Of a DNA stretch of 64,000 nucleotides, positions 25,120 to 38,947 are shown piece after piece. Position numbers and translations under genes: made by a program. The DNA comes from Trichodelitschia bisporula (lineage: Eukaryota), in NCBI GenBank assembly GCA_010356995.1, contig ML996693.1, positions 372,001 through 436,000 on the forward strand. The letters run 5' to 3'. Below the pieces are notes generated by a model that worked only from the letters and a program-made list of their open reading frames with translations, ran no database searches and was not told the origin of the DNA. How positions within the stretch are numbered: position 1 is the stretch's first letter; each line of letters starts with the position of its first letter.

Positions 25120-25792
25120 GCCTTGTCACTTCCTCACACAATGTTTTCTTCGTTTGGGTGATGTATAGCATTTACGGCACGGCGTAATCTGGAGGCTACT
25201 TGGGACGGTGCTCGGGACAGGCTCGACTGCGGAGGAAGCTCTGCTCTAAAGGTATGTGTGTTTTCCTGGACCATGGAAGTACGTTACGCCTTCTGCATGT
25301 CTCAGTTTTTGGCTGGTTTTTATCGGCGTATCTGTATCATCTGCACAGAAAAGCTATGAGGTTTGGGGGCGCGGGTTTGTATGGGGGACATCATTGACTG
25401 GATCGATTGGGTTTTATTCTCATGCCATCAGCTGTTCTGTACCTGTAGTTTGGCTCCGGGTGGCATTGATGGAAAGCTCTTCTTACTATACCCCGGGGGT
25501 TTGAATGGCGTATAGGAAAATAGACATATAAGTAGCACGTTATCTATGGTGGAGTCGTAATGTGACTGGTTGGACGACATGACATTGGATCTGCGCGAAC
25601 TCGCATCGACCCGCCTTTCGACGCTTGAGGCCCGCCGCCAACCAAATCAGGACGATGAAGGGGCAATTGTGTGTGTGAGGGTGGACAGGAATCACTTTTC
25701 TAGAGGTGCTGGATGGCTTTATCCTTCGATTTCATTGCTATAGACTCTTCGAAGGAGAAGACAGCAAGCCCTTATCCAGTCGAACTGGCAGC

Positions 25793-28700
25793 TTAATATT
25801 CAAAATCATCATCTACGCTCGGCCCCTTGTTTTTCGTCACGCTCTCCTGCCTCTGGTACATATCCGCCACAGCACGATGTGTGGTCGCCTCATCCGGCTT
25901 CTTATCATCACGCTCCTTGATAAAGCGCGGGAAGCGCAGGCTTATGCCCTTGCCTCCGCCATCAACCACGCTGGCGGCCGCTCGGTATCGCGGCGAAAGC
26001 GTCAGATCTGCCGTTTTGACCTCCCACACGTAGCGCGGCTCGAACCACACGTCCGGCTGGTCCTTGTTACCAGTGCTGTGCTCGTAGAAGGGCTTCGGCT
26101 TGTCAATGACGATGCCCTTGAGCTTCTCGTGCAGCATCGTCAACACTTCCTCGCTGAAGCCCGTGCCGATATTGCACACAGTTTCGTAGCTCTGCGTGGT
26201 CGTGTTGTAGCATGCCAGTAGGAAGGCGCCGTAGACGCTTGTGCGCTTGCCGCGCCCGTAGTACGCGCCCAGAACGACGAGATCGAGTGAGTCGCCTACG
26301 CCAGCGAGGTAGTCCTTTTTGACTTTGAGCCAGTTCTGGGACCGACGCGAGGGCTCGTAGTAGGATTCTGGGCCGTCAAGCATCTTAACCATTAGTCCTT
26401 CACAGGATGCTTTGACGGAGTCCTCCAAGAGGATCTGAATCCCGTCCAACTCCCTTGTGTTGTCGAATTTGGCGAAGGCAAACTCCCCCTCGACTTCAAC
26501 GAAAGATGAATGCAGCAACTCTCGGCGCTCTCTGAAGGGCTTGCTTACGATGGCCTGGGGGAACGTTAGGTTTGAACACATGCAAAGTGGAATATCTTAC
26601 CTCGCCATTCAAGAAGAGCAAGTCGAAGGCAAAAACGCACACCTTGACCTTTACGTCTTCAGCCTTGACGTCCTTCCGCTTACGAGTCATGAGCTGCTGG
26701 AACGGAAGAACCTTCTTCTCATCAACGTCCCAAGCCACCGTCTCGCAGTCCATAACGAAACTCTTGATATCTGGCTTGATCCAAGAAGGCAGCCTCGCAA
26801 GAATATCAGGATACTTCTTGGAAAGGTCCTCAGAATTGCGAGAAAATACGTTTGCAATGCCCTTGTCGCTCTTGCCGACAGCCGGCACCGTAGATCCATA
26901 ACTCTGAGTAGAATCATGAGCCACAAAGTGGATCTGAGCCCGCTCACCGTCGTACTTGTATTCGCACGTAAAGTCCTTGGCATCAAACCGGTCAAGGACT
27001 TCAGTGATTGACTTGGTCGGCTTCGCAAGCATGGGCTTTAGAGGTACGCCGGGCTGGAGTTTACAGTTCTCGCGCAGGTTAAAGATACCGTGCTCAAGCA
27101 TAGCGGGAATGATGACCTCATAGCTCGGCAGTTCGCTGGCCAGGTTAGTCATGTCTCAAGGAAACGAGAGTCCATCATACCTGTACACAGATTTAAGAAC
27201 GGTTTCCCCCTTGGCAAGCTGCTCCGTAGATGGTGGCTTGCCGTCTTTCTGCATGATTTCGTGGACGACAAAAGCTTGAGCGACAGAAACAAGGACAGTT
27301 TTCTCGGCCAATCCGAGTCTGAGCTTGCCTTCAAGAGTCCTGATGATGAACTTAGCTTCGCTTGGACCACCCTTGTCGGTTGTGATGTCAATGCCTTTGC
27401 TGCCTTTTCCAAGCAAGTGGGCATCAGCAGCAGCAAGAAGTTTCTTGATGCCAGCAACCTTGCGTCCCTGAGCACCTTGTCCTTCGACAGTGGCGATGTC
27501 CATCAGCCCCTTTCGAACACCACGGACCGTCAAGGGCTTCGGTTTGAACATGGTCGGCTGGGTGCCTCTGCTCTTAGCAGCGACGAGACCTAGATCGCCG
27601 ATTTCTTGCTGATCTGCCTTGATGACTTGGAGGCTACGGCCAGTTGTCTCCCCAATGGCTTTCATGATGAGAGACTCGCCAATACCCAGCTCGATCCCCA
27701 TGTAGTCAGCAGCAAGCTTGTTGATCATGAGGAGGATGGTATCCAGTAGATCCTCAGGAGTAAGGCGGAGAACCTGACGAAGGAATACTGAGCAGTGGGC
27801 CATGATCTCCAACCGCTTCGTGGTCATCTCGATCTTGGAAAAAGTCGTACATAGAGCTGCATAAGGAACGGGGTCGCCAGCTTTCCAGTCTGGATACGGA
27901 TCTTTATTGGGAGCAACCAATGTAGCCTGCACCTTTGCGCGAGCTTTGGCCACTACCTCCGGCTTTTCCTCATCTTCTTCGTCGAGCTCGGCTTCAGAGG
28001 ATTCCTCTGCAGCCAAATTGCCGTTCTTTGCGGTCACAGGCTGAGGGGACTTGGCGGCAGCCTTGAGGGGGGAGACTGGGCGTTCGATCTCCTCCTCATC
28101 GTCCTCAACCACCTTTCTAGCAGCGCGAGTCCTTTGCTTCTTCTTCACTTCTTTTTGCTCAGTCGCCTTTGCCTTTCCTCGTTTGCGTCCCGGGCTAGGT
28201 GTGGACTCGCGGGGTGACGGCTCTGGGTCCCAAGTTTTCTTCGGTGGGGATGCCACGTCGAATTTATTATCTTCTACTTTGACAGCTTCCTCCGGGGCTT
28301 TGGTACGCTGTTTCTTGGCAGGAGGCGAGGTAGCCGAGGCTGAAGCCTCTTCAGCGTCCTCGGAGGAGCGTTTGTGGGAGACCTTCACAGGTTGCTTCTG
28401 CATCTCCGAGGGTCCATCCTGCGGTTTTGGGGGCTCTCGAGCCTCTTGGACGGCTATCAGCTAGGCAAAATACTTTAGGTGCGTATCTTGCTACCTTCAT
28501 CCTTCTTCTGAGACGATTTTGTCGAGAAAGCAAGCTTCGTCTGCTGCTTTCCAGATGGCTTGATTGGAGGCGTATCGTCGGATTTGCTGAAGAATTTGCT
28601 GTCCATGGTTAGCCCCCATATAGCATGTACTCGCAAGGCCGCACCGCAGAGTTTGTTGAGATGGTCTAACATACTTCAATGTGGCCTGTTTGCTTTGCTT

Positions 28701-28859
28701 TGGCGGCATGATGGCGGTGGAAAGTCTGTGCAACCCGACACTTGAACGACGCAATGGCAAACTGTAAAGGATATGGATTGCTGAGCGGGGGTTAAGTGTA
28801 TGAAGGCTAAGGGAGTGTGATCGGTTCGGGAGCAGGTGAATGCAGGCTGCAATTCGCAT
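25793..28859 (-). CDS. CDC9: DNA ligase I (Cdc9/Cdc17). Long form from ATG 28859, short form from ATG 28709
   Basis: Adenylation motif [12 protein letters not shown], plus [38 protein letters not shown] and SLRFPRF. N-terminal PIP box QATL(N)KFF across intron 28599-28674; four introns. Confidence 0.96.
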
Positions 28860-29180
28860 CTGGTGGGGAGGCGTTCACGCTTGGTGCAACTGACACGAGC
28901 GTGAAGGCGCGTCGTGGTTGAGTCGCGCCTAGTGCCAAGTGTCGGGCCGACCGGGATGCAGGCTCCAGTGCGGGATGACGCCGTTCGCCGAGCTCAGACT
29001 TTGACAATCTTCTTGCCCGCTGGACAATCAACTTTGCTGAACTGTACATCCGAATCACATCCGAAAGCAAGTCTTGGGACAGATAATTGCTGTCCGGAGC
29101 ATCTCTACCTCAACACGGCTCGTCAATACTTCTGGGGCGACTCGGCCCCGCCATCTGACTCTGCGCCACCGGAAGGGGAT

Positions 29181-29865
29181 ATGAGGCCGAAGCCGAAGAA
29201 GATGACGCCTTCCTTCGAAACCCCGCGGCTAACACCTCAGTTTTGCTTCAATCAAACAGCGTTGCGAGGTACTTGTCCATGCTTCTGTCTCCAAGCTCTG
29301 TTTGCCCGCTACCAAAGCGCTGACGTTTTGCCCACCCACAGACTTCCTCCGCATATCACGCAGCGCCGTCGACGATTCCATAACCCAAAACCTAAACGGC
29401 CTCTTGACCCCCGGGTCCCGCGAGTTCGATCCTTCATCTACATCTATCCGTCAAAATGCCCCAGTTCCCGGCAGCCGGCGACAGATAGAACCACAATCGT
29501 GCGAAAACTTCAAGAGGAACGTCTTGTTTCCCTCCTGGCAAATGCGGTCGGATGTTCTTAATTACTGTGCTGGGGTGGCCACATCTCCCGATCCAGACGA
29601 TCCGGATCTAGTGCTGAGAGAAGTGGAATCAGAGCGAGCGAGAGAACGGGTCGTGGACGAGAGATTGGACCCTTACAGCGGGCGGTATTTCCCCAAGGAG
29701 GCGAGAACCGAGAGTCTAGCTGCTCTGGTTCGCAATGAAAGGATGGTGGAGCAGATAATAAGAACCCGGACGTGGAGCATGGTCGCTGAGCGGTGTGGCG
29801 ATAGTGGACAAAACTTTGAGTCTGTGTTGGATGAGTGGAGGAAGAGGAGAGAAGAGGCAAGGTGA
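29181..29865 (+). CDS. MIX23: Mitochondrial intermembrane-space protein Mix23 (Cid2/CCDC58 family)
   Basis: LTPQFCFNQTALR|DFLRISRSAVDDSITQNLN, LFPSWQMRSDVLNYC, DERLDPYS and NERMVEQIIRTRTW..V.ERC. Intron 29269-29341; start is 29181 or 29202. Confidence 0.88.
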
Positions 29866-30219
29866 CATGGAGCCGGAGGGCATATCTATGGCGTTTTGGC
29901 TTGAGCATACAGTTGGAGCGTATGCCATCGCTCCATGAACGTTAGGCTATAGGGTTGCTTCTGCCAGTCGGTGGCATGACCCGTGAAGATGCCTTTGATG
30001 TATTTTTACAGAGCTATGCATGTCATAGCTTGAAATGACCAGATGAAGAGGACAATTCCTTGGTTGGCTCACTCCCCTCTCAAATGCAGTATCTCCTGCC
30101 CGGAGACCCATGTTGCGCCTGATCCACCGATGCTCAAATAGTCCCTCCGTGAATTGTACATGACAGGCCATCTCCCATATCGTTGCAAGGGCGTATAATA
30201 GCCCAGTGGTATTTTCGGC

Positions 30220-30863
30220 CTATTTGGACAATGGCTGCATCTGTTTCGTTGGCGACCATTTCACCTTACCGGAGAGAAGGGCTTTCGCCTGTTCGGCAAG
30301 GGTTGGTTTATCCTCTCGTTCTTCCATGCGAGGCGCTGGCTTATCCTTTCTCTTCCCGCCTTGCCCCCTCTCTTGTTCTTCACTTGCCGCATCAAACGTT
30401 TCCTTGTCCCATCTGTGTTGTACGGTTAGCCTCGCTGCTCCGGACAGGACTAAATGGAATCCGGCACGCACGGTGTGAAGTCCTCTGGATCATCTGGCCA
30501 GTAAAATGGCTTGTCCATCTCGACGGTCATGGTTTTTTTTGAGCGTGGCCGGTACCACCTATTCATCGCGGAATCCTTCATGCGGACCTTTTGCTGCTGC
30601 ACATACGAGCGCACAGCCAGCGCACGAACACCATACGCATGGAAGAGGTAGTCTCTCAGGTCGAGCTTGTTGAAGTTGAGAGGTACAATGAACTTTGCGA
30701 AGGTGGGAGGGAGGTTCGGGGTTTTTTGGAGGGCGACCACAAAGTTGGGGCTGAACGAGCAATTGATCAGCGAATGGATCTAGCAAGAACACCTGTATGC
30801 TTACAGATATATTAACTTCTGTCCCCTCTTGAAGTGTCGTGCTAGGCTCGTGGCTGAGGACAT
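30220..30863 (-). CDS. MRP20: Mitochondrial ribosomal protein uL23m
   Basis: FKRGQKLIYL|PNFVVAL...AKFIVPLNFNKLDLRDYLFHAYGV..LAVRSYV...KKTMTVEMDKPFYWP; two introns. Confidence 0.88.
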
Positions 30864-31221
30864 GGCTACCAGTGTCGAGATATTGGCTTTGGATTATGTA
30901 GAGAGCTCGTCCGATTTCATGCCAAGGCTTGTTGTCGCGGAGTCTGGGCGACGGTCTCATTGGCACGGACCATTCAGCCAACCGGCGTGGCGCTCGTTCA
31001 GCACGAGATCGACAAGGGCGGCGTCGTGATCCCGACGGGCATGCGAGCATCCCCCTCATTTTCCCCGGGAACTCTTGCTTGCCTCACATTCCCCATAGCC
31101 ATGTTCGAGTAATACAGTTTTGAATCTCGCTGAATGGCAACGCAAACCGCCACAGAGCAATCCGCTATCAGTGACCTATATAAGCCGATCTACCACCCAT
31201 TCCGAGCTCGGCCTGTCGTAG

Positions 31222-31806
31222 TTTCACAGTAGGGGAAGCACCCAGCTTGCGACAGATCGAAGCACTGATCCGTGGAATAGGAGTGAGAACTACGACCGTA
31301 ATGTCGTAACTGAAAGACCATGGTTGGGGCCGTTGCTCTTTCAGAACGAAGCCTCAGACGCCCGTGATCACTGCGCGAACGAGCGAAGTTTGTTATCCCC
31401 AAACAGGGAGCACGATGGATGCTAATCCGTATTCAGCTTTTCTATCGTGGCTTCGGCTTTCTGTATATCTGTCCATTGTTTCGATTGCCATTGTGATCTC
31501 TTTCCACCTAAAATCGCAGCCGTCTCATACCGAGAAGCAACTCTCACTACCACTCGGCATCATCTTCTGGCTTCTCTCTATTGCGTGTCTAGTGGCCGGC
31601 ATACAAAATTACTACTCGGCAGTGCAACAATACAGCCGGAGGGCTGCTCTTGTACAATCTGGCTGGAAGACTGAATTGGTACGTACGGTTTCGCGGAGCA
31701 GTGTACCTTCCTAACCATTGCTAAGGTATTTGCGATTGTTGCTGTGGCTATCATTGCGGCCTGTATCTTGTTTTTGGCTACAAATTCCAGCTCTCGAAGC
31801 AAGTAG
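31222..31806 (+). CDS. DUF202 small three-TM membrane protein (5' end uncertain)
   Basis: PLLFQNEASDARDHCANER|TFLSWLRLS is the DUF202 signature, followed by three hydrophobic segments. Last intron 31679-31725; stop 31804-31806. The start could be ATG 31101 via an intron. Confidence 0.75.
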
Positions 31807-32401
31807 TGAAGACGCTACTATCTCGAGCGCATCCTGCATTTCGTGTGGCCCTTTGATGCACTGAGACTTCGATCCGGGCCTTCGGTATGAGCCATTAGCT
31901 GCCTAGGACCGTTTTAGAGCGGCACAACAAACTACCGCGCCGTACACACCAGACCATGACGACTCTCCAAGCCGCATGTGGCCTGCATAATCGTTTTATC
32001 CCAAATTTTCAAGATTCCACCACAGAGGGCTAAGTTAAGCATGTCATCTGTTTCAATAAACTGATCCACAAGAGCAATATCAATCTATGCGCTCCAAGAA
32101 TTCGACCCTCAGTGCTCACTATCCAGCATCGACACCATTTGACATACTGGATACACATAAGCATTCATGAAGGTATTGGTTTGGCCGAATTAATTACTAT
32201 ATACCTAAGCTTTCAGAACCCGAGGCGCCACGAGCATCCCCCTTTTACTGCCGCATAGAAGGGTACACACTAACTCCGCAAAGAACACCGACCCAGCGAC
32301 TCATGATATAACCATACCGGCCGAGCGCTTCGTGCCGATCAAAGCCATCAAACCACTTCCACGCGTTATCCATTCCCTCGCTCCGTACCCGCTCACCCCG
32401 T

Positions 32402-32955
32402 TTACAAGGCAAACAGGCCGACGACGCCCATGAGGCCAGCAAGGCCCGCGCCAATGGCCTGGGTGGGCACAGAGCCGGCACCAGACGAGCTCTTCGACGA
32501 CGAGGTCGTAGCAGCGGAGCCAGACGATTCGGTGTCGGTGATGGAAGCGGTCTTGGTCGTCTTGAGCGTGGCCTTGGTGATGGAGGCGGTGGAGTTCGAG
32601 TAGATGCCGGTAGCATTGGGGGCGCCGGTGGGGAACGCGCTGGCAGCGCTGAGCAGAGAGGCGGCAGCCGCAGAGTTGGCGGACACAAAGTAGCTCTGGA
32701 CGTCGGTCGGGAGCACAGTGAACCATGTCGGGGTCCCGGTCGCGAACTCGGAGAGGATCTCAGCGCTGACGGCCGCGGGGCTGACGAGGGCCAGAGACTT
32801 CAGCGAGCTGGGGAGGGCGTCGATCAGAGCGAGGGTAGCCGAGGCGCTTGAGGCTGTTAGTGATGGGTTGGTTGGGCCCAGGAATACACTCACCCGTCGA
32901 CGCTAGCGGCGGTGACGGCCGAGGCCAGGACAATGATGGCAGCAGTGTACTTCAT
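32402..32955 (-). CDS. Secreted Ser/Thr/Ala-rich GPI-anchored cell-wall protein
   Basis: Signal peptide MKYTAAIIVLASAVTAA; intron 32847-32893; conserved core FATGTPTWFTVLPTDVQSYF; S/T-rich stalk; C-terminal SSGAG plus hydrophobic tail AIGAGLAGLMGVVGLFAL. Confidence 0.88.
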
Positions 32956-35301
32956 TTTGGCGGATTTGGTGGGTTGTTGAGACGGTACTCTTGGATTAAC
33001 AGATAGTGAGAGTATTAAAAAGACGTTGAAACAGTTGCTGAGCGATAGGCTTGTAGTGTGTGGTAGGAGCTGAGCTGAGGAGGACGGGAATTTATATGTT
33101 CGCGTCTGGTCGGGGATGAACGCGGACACAGGGGGACTCGATCGAGCTGGGAAAACGCCCGAAGCATTGACGTGCTTCTTTGGCCAATCCACTCACTCCA
33201 CCGCCACGTATGGTTGGCCCTGAACCCTCCAAGCTTGACAGTGTGCGAAAAGCTCAGACACGGGCTTCCCCGCCAGCGTCGTCGGGGCCTCCCAACGAAC
33301 GGCAGGGTGAGCTGCAAGACGTACAGGAACGCGCAAGCCGGGAGGCTGTGAACCTACAGCTGCATGCATCAGGCCCTCAACCCACGACAACAGCTGAGCG
33401 ATTTGCCGGCAGCGGCCCTCATCGACATTCCAGCTCGCCCAAGGCTCCTCTACGGTAGAAAAGTCCACCGAAGGCGGACCGGGAAAGTCGTGCTATGCCG
33501 ATGGAATGGTGCGAATTAGGCGGAGGGCGCCACCAAAGCCATGGGCAATGAGGCTGTGAGTTTGTAAAACCATGGCCAGGGGTATATCTCGATACGGTCT
33601 AGCGTCGAGCAAGACACCCGAGCCCGACTGGCTGTTTGGCTTCTCCTTTTCGAATTTTCATCAAGCAAAGGCTTCAGCCTCCAATACGAGCCAAGAGCGG
33701 GCTACGAAGATGCGACTCGAGGTTCTCGCCCTGGCCCTCGCTTTCAGCCTTTGCTCCCGCGATGCGATGGTCAATTACCACCGGATTAACATAACAGTAG
33801 GATTGACCATCCAATCCTTGTCGTCCTGGACGTCGAGCATCTCGATGCGGTTAATTTCCGTTGTACCGTAATGCGGCCCGCTAACGCCTGGCTGGGCTGC
33901 GAGAATCTCTTGAAGCGATTCCGCCAGATAAGGTGGGCGTCGCCAACGCTCTGAAATGCGGAGGTGGAGATGTTTAACCTTGACGCATGTCGTCGGAGTT
34001 TTTGGCCTGCCCCCTCGGAACGCGTACCCCAGTGCGCACCCAGCATGTTAGAGCATCGTAAGGATAGATGCTGAGGACTGCAGCTGCAGTCGCCGGTTTT
34101 TGAGAGGAGAGATAGGTCGTCGAGAGTATGCGGGCTTGCCGCCGGTGATCCTTCTGGCGGCCGGCATGTGTGTCTGAGACACCAGAGACTTGTTGCTTTG
34201 TTGACTGGCCGACGGGCCGGCAAACAGCAACAAATATTTAACTCCGAAACAGAACCACGGAGACCGAAGATTCATGCGATAAAGCGCAACAGTTTCAGTC
34301 GCTTTGCTGTATCTCACGGACGCCATGCAGCACTAAACGGGAGGGAATCTCTCGTCCTCAAATCGTTTAAGAAATCGCGAATGTCACCCAAAGCCGATGA
34401 AAGACAAGAATTGCCGATGGTCGTAACGAATGGCGTGTTGGTTGTCAACTGCGCAGCTTAGAGATGAGTTTGAAGCAATCGCAAGCTCACGCATTCAGTC
34501 CTGCTGGGACCGAGTTAAAGCCTATTAACGTCAGTAACTGAGCATAGAACTAGTCCCCACTTCAAGTCACTATGCATGAGTACTTACGGATGTACATTGT
34601 TCCATACTCCGTAGATAAATGACACATCTACGGATGTATACATATTTGTAAAAAATATGGTGGTCCAGCAGCATAGTACCCGTTACCGGTCCCCGTAACG
34701 CGGCCTCATCTGGCGAGTTGTCAAATGTGATATCATGGCGGGCAGAGCTCAAATTATCTGGCGATTTCAATGATCTTCGGCCTTCTGGTTACAAAGTCCA
34801 TTTTGTGATGGAATCGTTCCTGGTGTCTTCTCCGAATCTCGTCGGGTAGACAGTTTCATAGGAGTCCAATACTTCGGCAAATTCAGTAGTCTTCCTTCTG
34901 CGATGACGTTCACTGAAACCCGTAGGGCAGGCTTGAGCCCTGAGTCGCCTTGTTACCTGCCTCGGAAGCTTCATCTTCCGTTTAACACTCATATCTGTTT
35001 AGAAGAGCAAGCGCGATGCACCATGTTGAAAGTAAATAGGCTTACGTAATCACATACCAGGAAGACAAACCCAACCCACGAATATAAGCTTGGCGCTAGT
35101 GTAAGGCTTGGCAGTCAAACACCATAGATGTTTTCTAGACTACCGTTACTACATAGTTTGCTAGACCTGAATTCATATAACCCCAAGATCTACAGCGACA
35201 ACATCAAAGCAACACTACAACCTCGACCTGTACCCTGCCACTATTTTCACCGGGCTCGTCCACGACCCTGAAAGTAGCTCCAAAGGTTTTCGTTACTCAT
35301 C

Positions 35302-37060
35302 ATGAAGTCGGAGAAATCGATATCGGGCGAGTCAAACTCTCAGACCGTCGGGGACCCACTCCCCGACAGCTCAGGTGTAATGATTCCGAGTGGACGGAAA
35401 AGTGAGGGAGTTTCCAGTAACCATGATGATGAGGAGTTTTCCTCCTCGTTCTACGAGGAAGTCCTAGATGATGACCGTCCTGTTTCTCCCTCCGATCGTT
35501 AGTTCCACAACTAGCCCCCCCACTCCTCACAACCGTCCATCCTCTTCACCAATGTAGTTATTTTAGGCCGCCGGGCTCAGCTAATATCTACCAGCGCATA
35601 CACTCTACAACCCAGTAGAGGCTCGGGAGGCTCTGGAACTTCGCAAACGCCTGCATGAGGTTGGACTGCAGGCGTTCGTGGGAGAAACTCTCGGCGAAAG
35701 CACCGTCCCGCTGAAGACGTTACTCGCTGCGTTTAGGGTTCGAAAACCCGAGTGGATGGATGAAAACTGCTCTTCAACCCTGCGACTTCTGGGGCTAGCG
35801 ATGCTCCGTGAACTGACCAAGCGTCAAAGGCTCCCCCAGTTCTCAACGATTGACCATGCGGTTCAATTGCTGAAAGACTCCCGCCATATTGTGGTAGTCA
35901 CCGGCGCAGGCGTAAGACTCTCCACGTTGCGCTCTTTTAGGCTTTGCTTACTCCACGCCGAGGACATGAACTTACTGACATGCGGCTCAGATCTCCACGA
36001 GTCTGGGCATTCCCGACTTCCGGTCTAAGGACACTGGCTTCTACTCTCAGCTCCGGGCCCTGGGCTATGATGAGCCCGAGCAGGTCTTCGATATTGACAC
36101 GTTCACACAAGATCCGACGTTTGTGCCTAGTCCTTGCCGGTGGGACTCGAACTGATAACTGTACAGGGTATTCTACGAACTGGCCGGTGAGATCCTGCCG
36201 GCACTGGAGGTGTACTCTCCAACCCATCAGTTCATCCGCCTTCTGCAGGATAAGAACAAACTGCAGCGTAACTATACGCAGAATATCGACAACGTCGAAA
36301 AAAATGCCGGCATTAGGGCTGACAAGCTGGTGCAGTGTCACGGTTCTTGGGCCACGGCCCATTGTCTCAAGTGCGGGTTTTTGTGCCGTGGAAAAGAAAT
36401 CTACCCCGAAATCAAGCAGAAGAAGGTAGCGCGCTGCAAGAAGTGCAAGGTGGAGCTGGAAGAGGCTGCATCGGCGAAGCGGAAGCGCTCATCTACGGGC
36501 AAGAGCAGGAAGCGCCAGGGGCTCAATCGGGACTCGGACGACTCGTCGGACGGCGAATACGACATCCCGGAGGCCGGTGTCATGAAGGTAAGGACATGAT
36601 TTCGGTTTCGATGCATCCAAGTTTTTCAACCTGACGTTTTCCAGCCGGGTATCACTTTCTTCGGCGAAGCTCTTCCGCAGCGGTTTCACGACTGTATCAA
36701 CCACGTTGACAAAGATATTGTGGATCTCGTTATTGTGATCGGTACGAGCATGAAGGTTAGGCCGGTCTCGGAGATCCCCGTGCTCGTCCCCAACCATGTG
36801 CCGCATATCAACATTTCTCGCGACGTAAGTCCCTCGATTGCCTGTTCCATAATATATATATGCCCTAACCCATCCAGCCTATCAACCATATCGATTTTGA
36901 CATAACCCTTCTCGGAGACTGCGATGTGGTGGTCGCTGAGCTCTGTCGCCGTGCCGGCTGGGAGCTCAACCACGACTCGATCCCGAAGAATCAGAGGGTC
37001 GAAGTGAAGCCGGTCGAAACAATGGAGGCGACGTTCACGGTGAAGCAAACTATCCCGTAA
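35302..37060 (+). CDS. SIR2: NAD-dependent histone deacetylase, class I sirtuin (Sir2/Hst1)
   Basis: [31 protein letters not shown], two CxxC zinc pairs, [21 protein letters not shown] and LLGDCD. Introns 35498-35594, 35912-35990, 36119-36166, 36588-36644 and 36825-36877. Confidence 0.93.
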
Positions 37061-37586
37061 TTCTCGGCATTATAATTTCTCTTATTCGCTAGAGCGGTAT
37101 GCAAGGCGTTGGGAACATGGGCTGTGCTGGGATTTCGGACATGCATGGGTAAAGGTTGTGAGCCTGTCTTAAGGAACGAATGGACGTAGGCCACGAAAGG
37201 TTTAGATGGGCGCAATCACGGCTTTATGAATGAGCATTATTCATTGCATTGACGTACATGGTGATTCCAACTCGAGTATGTGAGGTACATCTGAACAGAC
37301 ATGATACTGTACCTTTGTGACTAAAGGCATACCGCTATGTAACCCCCCGCGGCAAGACATTTTGCTCGTGGCTGAATTGCAGGCTTCATGTATCATCTTA
37401 GACCGGGATAAAATTTCCTAACCCCATCAGTCTGCTTCATGAGTGTGACCTTTTTCCGAAAAGTTGGTCGTGAAGAACCATCGAAGATCTCGAGTCTTGG
37501 CTCTCCATTGTATGGTCGTTTTTGACGTCAAGCCTGACCGCGACCACAGCCTCCAAACGTTGAGGCCCAGTCCATCACCGCACACA

Positions 37587-38947
37587 ATGTTCCCATGGTC
37601 ACAAGGGCAGCCTAAAAGCCCACCGTGCTTATACTCGCACTGCAAGCTCCCGGAATACATCAACGCCGCGCGACCGCCGACGAAAAGCGAGCCGTTTACA
37701 TCCCTCAACGCGACGCGGTTTGGGCACACGGTGAGAAACCTGAAAACCTCACCAGTTGATGAATCTGATATGTCAGGTGGACTTGGTTCTCTCGGAGGAG
37801 TTGTATGAGATTATTGGCCCAGGGCTAGAGGGCGAGAGGGGTGTTCTTCGCTATGCACAACTTCACATGTCGTTGTTGGAGGTTGTGTCCGGAGAGTTTT
37901 TCAATGGCTATATCAAGCAAGGTACACTTGGCATAGAGCAATGTTTATGTTATGAGACTGAACGATGGGTTTAGGCCATGTTTTGATGATCTCCGAGGGC
38001 CGGCCGGGAGTGGATAACTGGTTCTGCCTCAAGGATGGTACGTGGCCGCTCACAAGCCGGCAGGTCTAACTCGCATACAGGTGTCTTGAGAATTGAAGTC
38101 GACAAGCCGACGTACGAGCGCTGCGGCCTCGTCGGAAAGCCGGTCCAGGGCGAAGGGCGAAAGCATATCAAAGCAAGATACGGTATATTCTTCCCCGCCT
38201 ACAGCTTTTCGATGCTAACACTTTAAAGCCATCGAACTCGAGCTCCGTGCCCCCTCCATGCTCCACGGAAAAAAGGGCTTCGAGCGCATCGTTTCTGCCT
38301 TCACCCACGCGCTCACCGGGCCGGTGAACTGGCTCTTCGTCGATTTGAACGCCCCGGAGTTGCCATCCGGTACGCATTCGCCCCTTATTTAAGGCCCTCT
38401 AACATGTCTAGCACCTCACCCGAGCGCAAAAATTAAGGCTATCCACCCGACAGTTACGCGCCTCCCCGCCACGCCGGCACCGCTGCTCACCTCTGACGCC
38501 GCGCTCGCAGACCCGCTCTATGCGGAGCAACTGCTCGAGTGGCTCGGGCTGGTTTTAATACATTCGCCGCGTGTGCAGGAGGGGGACGATATCGACCCGG
38601 TGCTGTGCCGGTATACGCTACCCGAGACGTACCTGGAGGCCGTGGAGAGTGGAGAGGTGGGAAGCGAGAAGTGGGGGAGGAAGAGAGGGGGAAACAGCGA
38701 TGCGCTGGTGCACATGAGGTGGAGAGGTTTAGCGGGGACGAAGTGGATGTTGGGAGTTTGGATGGGATGTTTGATGGAAGTGAGGGGGCAGTATAAGCGT
38801 AAGAGGGAGCAAGAGGATGAGGGTGAAGGAGTCGGGGAAAAGTGGTTTGCGATGAATGTCAAGGAGTTTGAGGGGAGGAATTGCACAATGATGCAAGTAG
38901 ACAACAAGAAGGTGCTAGTCTGGAAGAGTGGTAAGTTGGATGGTTGA
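37587..38947 (+). CDS. RPP40: RNase P/MRP 40 kDa subunit (Rpp40-like)
   Basis: Spliced reading gives FFNGYIKQG, MISEGRPGVDN, G|VLRIEVDKPTYERCGLVGK, LRAPSMLHGKKGFERI, LLEWLGLV...SPRVQEGDDIDP.LCRY and W.GL. About five introns. Confidence 0.8.
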
